In this document: in pieces, positions 33,463 to 43,440 of the stretch
Layout of the letters: every line of letters starts with the position of its first letter
Numbering within the stretch: position 1 is the first letter of the stretch
Assembly (NCBI RefSeq): GCF_000143415.4
Contig: NW_003314343.1
Location: forward strand, 372,813-436,812
Reading direction: 5' to 3'
DNA length: 64,000 nucleotides
Source: Selaginella moellendorffii
Taxonomy: Eukaryota > Plantae > Lycopodiophyta
Made by a program: the position numbers and the translations under genes
Notes under the pieces: model-generated
Databases searched by the model: none
The model's input: the letters and a program-made list of their open reading frames with translations, nothing else
What the model was told of the DNA's origin: nothing

Positions 33463-34998
33463 TTAGTCTGTGGCGCATTGCGCTGGGGCGATCCCCAGGC
33501 GCAGCTTCTCCAGATCGTACTCCACCCACAGGTTTTGCTGCTGGTAGTTCCCGATGATGTTGAAGGGAATGTCGCCACTCATCAGGAACGCCAGGCACAG
33601 TGTCGTCTGCTCCTCACTGCTGCTCACGGGTATGAGAATGCTGTTCTTGGGGAGCACCACGTCCAGGCCGCCGCGGAAATGCAGCGTGATCGAGGGAAGG
33701 ATCGTGGATTCCAGCGCGGCGGTGCCGCTGGTGATGTTGTAGCATGGAGTGAAGCCGGAGTTATCGTCCACTTTGGCCAGGTGAGACGTTCTCGCCAAGA
33801 ACTCTCTCCTCATCGCTTGGAAGGCAGGCTTCTTAAGGTACGTAAACGCAGTCCCCGAGTCGATGATCGTTCCGCCGCTGCCAGTCACCTTGTCGATGTC
33901 GAAGTTTTTGTGTGACAGTGGCAACCGGCTCTCGTCCACGCTGATCCCGACCAGGCCAACGTAGTAGTAGTCCAAGGATGCGCTTGGAACCGCCGGGTTC
34001 TGGACGAGCGGCGTGTATCGGAGATACGGGGAGATGATATCCGACTCCCCGAAGAAGACGAGGCCGGAAGAGTTGAGGTGGGCGATCTTGTCCGGGAAGC
34101 AGTGAGAAAACTTTCGAGCGTACCGCGAGCTTAGCTGCGACGGGAAGGAGATCGGCCTCCGGTCCATTCCCAGCAGCCCGGACGCTCCCGTCGGTAAGCC
34201 TTCTCGATCGATATCCGCGCAACCGAGGGTGATGTTGCTGAGCTTCACAGGTTCGCCATCTCCAAAGTTTGGGGTGTTGCCTGCGATGGTTTCCATGGCC
34301 AGCAGGCCCGAGCTCAAGCTTCCATCACCGTACTGGATAGAGAAGAGGCAAGTCCTTCCAGACGGGCTGCAGAATGGCTTGACACCCTGGTAGACGTTGG
34401 TGCAAGTGGAGGAGGCGCAGGGAAGCTTGAAGAAGGAGGAAGAGTGGCGGGGATTGAAAGGTGGCCGGAGAGCGGGCACGCAGTCTTTGCAAGGCACGCA
34501 CTGGATCCAGGAGACGTCGCTGCCCGTGTCCATGATGAGAACAACTTCCACTGCTGGTGTTCCGACTTGGAGTGGCACGTAGTACTCGAGCCCGGCTTGT
34601 CCCAGCGTCACAACGGGGCTCGTGAACCCGGTCACAGTGTTTTTTCCATGGTTACGATGGTGGTGATGGTGGTGGTGGTGGCGGTGGTGGTGGTGGTGGT
34701 GCTTACTTCGACGATGTTTTGCTACTCGAGCCTGCCGCGCTTGAACGTACTGGATGACATCTTTGAAGGCAGCATCACGGTGCGTGGGAGAAGACTCGGA
34801 ATCAAGCTCTAGTGCAAGCTTCTCGTCTCTCAGCTTGGATCTGGGTGCATCCCTGTGAACGACACTGAAGCCGATGCTTGTGCTTCCATCGCTGGCCTCG
34901 AGCACGGATCGGACGTCCAGAGAATGAGCAGCAGCAGCAGCAGCAACAGTCGATCTGATGAGCACAAACAGCAGCAACAATGGTTTGGAAGGCTGCAT
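33463..34998 (-). CDS. A1 family aspartic protease (nepenthesin/ASPG-like), 511 aa, intronless
   Basis: Signal peptide, MDTGSDVSWIQC and IIDSGT catalytic motifs, IIGNYQQQN. Confidence 0.96.
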   Translation of the reverse strand: MQPSKPLLLLFVLIRSTVAAAAAAHSLDVRSVLEASDGSTSIGFSVVHRDAPRSKLRDEKLALELDSESSPTHRDAAFKDVIQYVQARQARVAKHRRSKHHHHHHRHHHHHHHHRNHGKNTVTGFTSPVVTLGQAGLEYYVPLQVGTPAVEVVLIMDTGSDVSWIQCVPCKDCVPALRPPFNPRHSSSFFKLPCASSTCTNVYQGVKPFCSPSGRTCLFSIQYGDGSLSSGLLAMETIAGNTPNFGDGEPVKLSNITLGCADIDREGLPTGASGLLGMDRRPISFPSQLSSRYARKFSHCFPDKIAHLNSSGLVFFGESDIISPYLRYTPLVQNPAVPSASLDYYYVGLVGISVDESRLPLSHKNFDIDKVTGSGGTIIDSGTAFTYLKKPAFQAMRREFLARTSHLAKVDDNSGFTPCYNITSGTAALESTILPSITLHFRGGLDVVLPKNSILIPVSSSEEQTTLCLAFLMSGDIPFNIIGNYQQQNLWVEYDLEKLRLGIAPAQCATD

Positions 34999-35416
34999 TG
35001 CTTTCTCTTCTCTGGAGCGAGCAAGCTCCTTTTATGGGCAACGTCCGGCCGATCCATCTGTGGAGTAACGTAAGAGGCCTGTTCTCGAGGGGTGGTGGCA
35101 AGAAGCAACTTAAGCTGGAAGCCGTTTTGGTTTATGCTTAACATCCGAGATTGACACAATCACAAGGTGGAAGATTCTACTTCCTTGTACAAGCCTCAAA
35201 AATCCAGGACACCAGGAAAAGATGGAAGTTTCATCTATGATATCTCTCATCAGGTACGTGTCAATATGATCTTCCACATTCTAACACTCCAACTGTGCTT
35301 TTTTGTAGCTATGTGTGATCGGGCGGAAGCGATTCATCACAAGGAAAAGGTAAGCTTGCTGTTGGTTCTTTGTTACTCTAACTTGTGCTTGCTTTGTTTC
35401 CAGAGCTCTTCAATCG

Positions 35417-35674
35417 ATGAGAGAAGGAAGTTGTGATCGTCTGGGCGGTGGTGGTGGCGATGGTAGCAGCAGGAGCGCAGGGCGTGAAGCTACTCTCAGC
35501 GAGGAATCCATTCCAGTCAACCAAACGCTGGCGGATCTCGATCATGGCACTTACTGGAACAGCCTCAACCAAACGCTTTCGACTGTGTCGCAGGACTCGA
35601 CAACACTGCTCCCACTTCCAGGTGTGATCCTGTGCGAGAGAGTGGAGAGAAAAAAGAAAAGAGATCTTCCATAA
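35417..35674 (+). pseudogene. Deleted and scrambled duplicate of the DUF26 gene
   Basis: AVVVAMVAAGAQGVKLLS and TYWNSLN match 1905-2354; the Cys core is missing. Confidence 0.85.
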
Positions 35675-35881
35675 AAGCTTGGAGGAGATCTTCTTTAAGT
35701 TCCAGCGACCAAGTCGAGAAGAAATAAACATCCAATAAAGGCCCCCGTGATAAAGTGGAGGACGATTAACCTCCAACCCACATCGCCAATTGGAAGCATC
35801 CAGGTCGTGGACCGCGCCAGGAAATGTGAAACAGAGCCCAGCGATGCTGATTTCTCGGGCTGCCCGTCACCCTCCGCCGCC

Positions 35882-38800
35882 ATGGCCGATGCCCACCGCC
35901 ACCACCACGAGGAGGAGCGCCAGGAGGAGGACGAGGGTGGCGGCGATGGCGATGAGCAAATCCTCCACTCGTCAAAGGGATGCTGCCGCTTCCTGCGATC
36001 TCTCCGGGCGCTGGTGGTGGTCACGCTGGTGCTCCACTTGGGCATCTCCGCGCTGGGCACCGCAATGGCGGTGGTGTCGTCCTCCTCCAGCGGCTGCCCA
36101 CGATCGCTGCTAGTGGCGGCGGCGCTGGTTGCTAGCGGCGCTTGCGCGCGAGTGGCTTGGGTGGTGGGCACTGGCTTGTGCCAGGCCGCCACCGCGGTTA
36201 CCATGATCGCCGAGGAGCACGTCCCAGCTTCTCGGAGGAGGACGAGCGGCGCCACCAGCGCGGCGATCAGGATTGGGAGACGGGTAAGAAACAAGCAATG
36301 TGGATTCTCATCTCTTTTTTCTTCCTTGTGCTCTTGCTCGAGCACAGATTTGGTATCGAAGGTGGCTATGGTGGGGACGATTTGGTGTTCTTGTCACCTC
36401 CTTCCAAACAGGAGGAGCTTGCTACTTGACCATCTTGGCTGTAAGGAACGCTCGTTCATCCTTTTGCTTCCCTGGTAAGGATCAAGCACTGTGTTCTTTG
36501 GATCTTCTTTGTTCTAGCTCTATAGGATCTTCTCCTTTGTTTTCTCTCTCGTGTCACAGGCCCTGACGCGGCGGCATTGTTGCGAGACACGCTTGTCATC
36601 CTTCCCATCGCTACATGGCTGCTCGTCTTGGCACAGTGTTGCGTTGGCTCGGACGTGCTCTCTTGGAGGTCGCTCTACGAGATGCAACACGAGGCATGGC
36701 GCGCTCACTACCGCGAGATTTTCGATCGCGGCATTCGAGAGCTGCTTTGCTGCCTTGGGCGATCGAGATATCTGTGAGTCGCGAAAGAAAAATCGCTTTT
36801 TTCTTGTGTGCTCATTTAGTACTTGTGAATGGATCTCCAGGACAACCATGGATGAAGACGAGGTTGATACGGTGGCAGCACTTTTAGGCGATCTTGTTGC
36901 ATACCGTGCTGCCGGTGCAAGCCATCTCGAGTTTCTCGCTGGTAAAGATTCATGGATAGAACTTGCAAGCAAGCTTTTTTTTATCTTTCTTTGTTTCTAC
37001 AGGTGTTGCTCTTCTGAGAACTCGCAAGTCCAAGCCTCCAGTTCCGAAAGATCTCCCTCCGGCTCCCGGTCCGCTGGTCACAGAAGCTGCTCTTCTCCAT
37101 CCATATGCCGTGGCTGCGTACACGGTTTGCGATTGTCAAAACAATGCTGTCAGCTTCAAAGAGTTCTCTTGCTGATCTTCCCAGGGGCCATTGCTGGACA
37201 TTGGACGCACACCGCTACTCTTTCCCTGTGCTTGGATGTACCGGCAAGGACTCCTCAGCTTATGGAACCGCAGAAGGTAGCTCGAGTTTTTCTTTCATCT
37301 CGGAGAAACAGCTAACTAAGCTTTGGCTTGCAGGAGCCCGAGTGTCGACGGTGATAATTGGTGGCGAGGCCATGCGACTGCGTTCCTTCGTGCTGCTCGC
37401 CTCCCAGCCGAGGCGCTCTTGAAAGGAAGGATTCACCAGGTTTTGATGTTTGTAGCGTCACAAGTTTCCCGCGAGCTGACTTGGTCACTCACTATTTCAG
37501 AGAAACCGAGAGACAGTCTACTTCGTGATTGAGTTGAAGGAACTCAAGTTGGTTGTTGTCGCTGTTCGTGGGACTGAAACACCGGAGGATCTTCTCACAG
37601 ATGGCCTGGGACGTGAATGCATCCTTGCCGACGCTGATTTTCAAGGATTGTTCCTGTAAGTAGTGCTCTCGCTCTCATTCCCTACAAGTTTGATACTCTA
37701 CGCAGGTCTGGTCATTTGTCTGACACAGCAAAGCGTGAAATCTCGTCGTCAAATCCTCACTATGGCCATGCCGGTGTGGTGGCGGCGGCCAGAGAGCTTG
37801 CCTTCGAGCTGGACAGCCCTGAAGATAATCCCGAGCTTTCAGGTTTCGAAAGAAAACTCTTTGCTCATGTTTAAGTTTGTGTTTTCATTTCTTTAGCAGG
37901 TAGCGCTGGATCATCGAAAAAAACTGGTTTTTTGACTTCCATACTCGGTCCCGGTGGGAAGTGTGAAGGCTTTTCTTTGAGATTTACCGGACACTCACTG
38001 GGTGGATCGATTGCTGCTATGGCGGGAATGATGGTACGTATGTATGAGTTTTCCTCTCTTGTATTTCAATCTCTCTCTTTCTCGAGCAGCTATGGCACCG
38101 CTTTCCAAACTTACACACTTACGGATATGGCGTTCTTCCCTGTGTCGACGCTGTCATCGCAGAAGCGTGCTCACCATTTGTAACAAGGTAGGCCGAAAGT
38201 TTCTTTCATCCTGCCCTGACCGTCCACCACCTTTTAGTGTTGTGTATAACGACGAGTTTGCATCGAGGATGTCCGTGGCTTCGCTGATGAGGCTCCGCGC
38301 GGCCTCGCTCCGAGCTCTAGCAGCGGACTCGGACACCTCCGAGTCGGCAGTGATAGCGAGAGTGGCCAGAAGGCTCTTCGGCTCATGGAGGCGAGGCAAA
38401 GCTTCCAATGCAGGGGCCACTGGCAAAACTTCCAATGGAGGAGCCACTAACGAAGACTCCAATCCAAGTCCCGGTGGAGCAACGCAGTACAAGCGTGGCA
38501 AATGCGGCCACAAGCTCAAAGGTGGAGCCTTTCTTTGCTACCATGCTTGTCACTGTGTCATGGGCATGCCCAAGGGCGCTCATGGCAGCTCGACCGTGGT
38601 AATGGGAAGGCCGGTTGGTTCCACGGCCAATGGTAGTGTTAATGGTAACGGTGGTAAGCTGGAGGCGACCAAGGTGGTGTCCGGGGAGGTTACGGTTGAG
38701 GAGAACGGTTCTGACGGGATGGTTGCTTCCCTGGATGCAGGATCTCGAGATAAAAACTCCAAGACCCGAGATGCCCGAGATGTCCGAGGTGACGAACTCG

Positions 38801-39264
38801 GCTCTAGTGGCGAGTTTCTCCGAGGTGTAGTGAGCGGTGAGCTGCTTAGCAATGGGATCCCGGGCCAAGGCGAGAATGGTCTTGTAGGATTCAAGCCGGG
38901 GTCGGACTTGCAAGAGATATGGCCGGTGGAGCTCGTGATGCCAGGCTTGGTCATTCATCTGGTGCGTGTTCCAGACGAGGCACCGGGCTCGTCTTGGTTT
39001 GCGCGGAGGAGGAAGAAACAGCACCAAGCAATCCTGAGAGACCGAGATGATTTCCGGGACCTCGTGGTGTCTCCCTCGATGTTCCTGGATCATATGCCAT
39101 GGAGGTAACGTCGCCAACCTTGGTTTGTTTCTTTCGTTCTTTGTTGTTGAGTTTCTGTGCTTTGCAGGTGCCAGCGCGGGTTGGACGACGTTCTCAAGCA
39201 AGTTTGCACTCGACCACTTCACGCGGACGCGGAATCACAAGGCATCCAAGTCGATGGTTTCTGA
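35882..39264 (+). CDS. Class-3 lipase (DAG-lipase-like) with N-terminal transmembrane helices, multi-exon
   Basis: VRGTETPEDLLTD, HYGHAG, FTGHSLGG nucleophile motif, VYNDEF.SR, MFLDHMPWR; many short GT-AG introns. Confidence 0.9.
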
Positions 39265-39273
39265 AGAAAACTT

Positions 39274-40167
39274 TCAGTTGAAAAGAGTGGAAATGACAAG
39301 CTCTTGCATGAATTTGACTCGCAAGTTTGCTTCCTTCAGTTTGTCGCACTGCTCCTCGGGGGACAAAGCTGCAACCTCCAGCCTTTGTTTGGAGAGGAAG
39401 ATTAGAACCAAGACAACCACGAGGCAACGCCATACCCTTTGTGTGAACATTGGCTTGCGTGCGAGCTATCAGAGAGCGTGGTGAGGAACGGATCCACTGT
39501 GTTACTGGGCGGTGGAGGCCTAACAACGCTTGCAGATGGATCGCTCTAAGCTCCTTGGTGAGCAAAGCCAAAGTTGCGTTTGATGCTAGTGCTCCTGATC
39601 TTCGAAAACGCCGCCGTCTCTGGATGTGGATGTGTAGTCAAGGAGAATTATCTGATTTTGTTCGTGTTTCAAAACGTTTGAAAGGATATCTTGAAAAGCT
39701 GACTGTGGTCTAGCATTATGTGGCCGGCCATGTCTTTCCAAACTTTGGTTCCACAGATCGGACAGACCTGCAGCTAGATGAACTTAGCACATCACTTGCA
39801 ATAAACAAGAGAAAGAAAAGAAAATTCGAAGGAAACACAGGACAGCAGCACAGACCAACCGAAAGGCACTTACTGCAACCTTAGACTCATAGCAGTGCTC
39901 GTCTTCTAAGTGCGAACAAAGGACAGCAACGTCGTAATCTTCGTAGCAATAGGGACACGAGTACTCGGTACGAGACTCGTCCTCGTCTGGATTATCTGGA
40001 GATGAAGAGAAAGAAATGAGAAACCATTCCAGAGACTTAGATAGCCCCCGTACCTGATTGCTGGCGCTTAGGAGTTGACGAGGAAGAAGAGAGGAGGACG
40101 AAGTGGAGGGAGCGACCGGCGCTGCAGACTTATGGTTCCGGTGATTGCCATCTCCATCGCCATCCAT
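39274..40167 (-). CDS. DI19: Di19 (drought-induced 19) zinc-finger protein; start uncertain, apparent frameshift near 39520 (possibly a pseudogene)
   Basis: CPYCYEDYDVAVLCSHLEDEH, VCPIC...GHIMLDH, QRRRR, DPFL, RVKFMQELVISTLF. Confidence 0.8.
39626..39689 (-). other. U12-type AT-AC intron (64 nt)
   Basis: 5' ATATCCTTT, branch site TCCTTGAC, 3' AC; splicing gives LFK|IQRRRRF. Confidence 0.9.
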
Positions 40168-40535
40168 GTCGCAAGTCTTGCCAGTGGTGGTAGCGTTGGT
40201 GGCACGACCAAGCACCCGCCAGCGGCCCCCCTTGGGGACCGGCCGCGGCCCCGGTACTATAACGGCCCCAGGTGCTAAGAGGGGTCCGACAAAGCCTCCG
40301 CCACCACCACCACCTCCGCTTCCTCCGCCCCTCCCCCGTCCCCTGGCTAGCACCTCCTCGACCGTCACTTGCGCTAACCTTGGCTGCTACTACGCTAGAA
40401 CAATGCATGGAAAAAGGATGTAGTTCCGCCACTTCCCTGGGCCTGCTTTGCTTTCTCTCGCTTTTCCTGTGCCTTGCGCCTGGGCTTTGTGTGCTCGGTG
40501 AAGGAAGACGACGCACCAGGACGCCACGTGGCCGC

Positions 40536-41996
40536 CTAGTCGGGCCAGTTGAAAGAGCTGCGTAGTAACTCCTTGGGCACACGTCCGAATCCCTGGCTGA
40601 TGCGTAGCATCGCCTCAAACTCGTCGCGGTCCTTCTTCAGGCCGGAAAGTTGCTGGAGCGCCCTCTCCATGAAGGCGTCGTAGCTCTCCAGCGATTGCTT
40701 GGACGAGTTGGACGGTGGCGGCAGCAGCGACTTGTCGAATTCCAGTTGCTGGTACTGCTTCAGGATGCGGTCCATCTGTTTCGTCAGCTTCTCCCTGGCG
40801 GTCGCGTACTCTTGCTCTTGAGCGCGCTTGAGGCCTTCCAGCGCGCGATCAATCTCTAACTGGTACTGCGGGATCAAGGAGTTCGCCGGGGGGACGACCT
40901 CACCAGGCTGTGGAGTGAGGACGAGAGCTTTGGAGAGTGCACAAACGGCACCATCTTCGTCCAAGGGTGGAGGAGCCGGAGGAGCCGAGGAAGTATCAAC
41001 CTCCATAGCTTCTTCTGCCGGAACAGCCAAATCCATCTTGTCTGCACGCTCGGGCTCTGGATCTCGACCCGAGTTGCTAGCCTCGCCTGGAGCTCCAGAA
41101 TCTACAAGGGGGAAAACCAAGCGGGTTGAGTTACATCCTCGTCGAGAAGGATGAGTCGAGTCCTCTTACCGACGTGATTCGAGTTTCCATTGCATGGATC
41201 GTTACACATCCGCGTCGAAACGGCTTGTATGTCGTCACCATTCCCGGCCTAGCGGTAGAAACACACCCATCTCATCAAACGAGGAAGAAAAACTTAGCTA
41301 GCTCGCTTAGCTAACAAATCTAAACACGTTTGTGTTCAACATCTTTGGCAGGTACCTGATTGTCAACTGATGGCTGTTGCTTTCGTTTCCTCCAAGAATA
41401 TGTTGATAACTGTAGTTTTATGTTAACAGAAGAGCTGGTGGACATAAAACGGTGAACAAAATACCTGAACAGGCGGGCCAACAGTTCTCCGGAGTTGATC
41501 TGCTGTTATATGTTCAAAATAACGGTTGTGGACATAAAACGATAAATATAAAACGTGAACAGGTGGCTGATTGTCATCGATGGTCCCTGCTGGGCTGGCC
41601 TCAGGAGGCTCCTCATCTTCCTCGGTCTGCAGTTACATGTTAAAAATAAATCTTGTGAACATAAAACGGTAAACAACAAACCTGAACTGGCAGCTGATGG
41701 TCATCAGTTCCTTGCTCAACAATTGCTGCCCCTTCAGCTTTGGTCTGTTAAATGTTAAAAGTAAGACAAGTGCATATAAAACTGTAAACGGAAAACCTCA
41801 ACAGGCGGCTGGCCTGCTTCATCTTCCTCAGTCTGCAGTTACATGTTAAAATTAAACACAGAAAGGTAAATAGAGAACCTGAATGTGCCTACAGTTGAGA
41901 AGCTCCTGGGCCTGACGGCGGTCGGCTGACATTGGATTCTCGAACTCAGCAGCGGCCAGGAGCTGACCAGGAGTCATCAAAGGGGGTGCAGGGGAG
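40536..41996 (-). CDS. Multi-micro-exon gene ending in a coiled-coil exon resembling the C-terminus of plant OBERON-like/DUF1423 proteins; 5' end interrupted by the LTR nest
   Basis: YQLEIDRALEGLKRAQEQEYATAREKL...QGFGRVPKELL; a chain of phase-0 GT-AG micro-exons runs upstream. Family assignment is from memory. Confidence 0.55.
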
Positions 41997-42879
41997 TGTG
42001 AGACATAAAATCCTTAGGCCCCAAAAGGGGAGCCGGAAGGGTGCCATGTGGTAGTGGCCGAAGCGAAAGCCAAATGAGCATAACACGTTTGGACTAAAAG
42101 TTTTGACTTGAAAGGTCGAGAGTGGGAGTGGAACTCCCAATAAAGGGCTCGAGAAACAAGCATGAAGCGAGCAATGAGTAAGTCCCTAGAAAAGGGACAC
42201 AAGAGGACCAAAACATAACATGTGGAAGTGTCCGAAATAGACCCGAGATGGAGTCCGAGATGAACCCGAGATGAACCTGAGATGGAGTCCGAGATGGACC
42301 TGAGATGGAATCCAAGATGGACCCGAGATGGAGTCCGAGATGGACCCAAGATAAAGTCCAAGATGGACCCAAGATGGACCCGAGATGGAGTCTGAGATGG
42401 AGTTCGAGATGGACCCGAGATGGAGTCTGAGATGCAGTCCGAGATGGAGTCCGAGATGAACCCAAGATGGAGTCTGAGATGGAACCGGGACCGAGACCGA
42501 GACCGAGACCGAGTCCGAATTCGAGACCGTGACCGAGACCGAGCTCAAATCCAAGTTCGAGTTCGAGTCCGAGTTTGAATACTAATGGAAGCAGTTAGGT
42601 GAAAGCCCAAAGCAATCGTCCCCAAGGGGGAGGGGGGGGGAGGGGGTGTGAGACACAAAATCCCTAGGCCCCAAAGTGGAGCCGGAAGGGCGCCACATGG
42701 TAGTGGCCGAAGCGAGAGCCAAACGAGCGTAACACGTTTGGACCAAAAGCTCCGACTTGAAAAGTCAAGAGCGGGAGTGGAACTCCCAACGAAGTGCTCG
42801 AGGAACGAGCACGAAGCGAGCAAAAGGCGAGGCTCTAAAAAAGGGACCCAAAAGGACAAACACATGACACGTGGGAGTG

Positions 42880-43440
42880 TCCGAGATGGACTCGAGTTGG
42901 AGTCCGAAGTGGAGTCCGAGATGGACCCGAGTTGGAGTCCGAAGTGGAGTCCGAGATGGACCCGAGTTGGAGTCCGAAGTGGAGTCCGAGATGGACCCGA
43001 GATGGAGTCCGAGATGGAGTCCGAGATGGAGTCCGAGATGGAGTCCAAGGTGGACCCGAGATAGACCCGAAATGGAGTCCGAGATGGAGTCCGAGATGGA
43101 CCCGAGATGGAACCCGAGATGGAGTCCGAGATGGACCCGAGATGGACCCGAGATGGAGTCCGAGGTGGACCCGAGATGGACCCGAAATGGAGTCCGAGAT
43201 GGAGTCCGAGATGGACCCGAGATGGACCCGAGATGGACCCGAGATGGAGTCCGAGATGGAGTCCGAGATGGAGTCCGAGATGGAGTCCGAAGTCGAGACC
43301 GAGACCGGGACCGAGACTGAGACCGAGACCGAGATCGGGACCGAGACCGAGACCGAGGCCGAGGCCGAGACCGAGCCCGAGCCCGAGTCCGAGTCCGAAT
43401 CCGAGTCCGAGTCCGAGTCCGAGTCCGAGTCCGAGTCCGG
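42880..43440 (+). repeat. LTR minisatellite of 11/12-mers (GGACCCGAGAT / GGAGTCCGAGAT) followed by 6-mers (GAGTCC/GAGACC)
   Basis: Directly visible; repeated in all full A LTRs and in related form in C LTRs. Confidence 0.95.

Noticed and set aside
38383-39222. 279-aa minus-strand ORF
   Set aside because: It is the antisense shadow of the large lipase exon.
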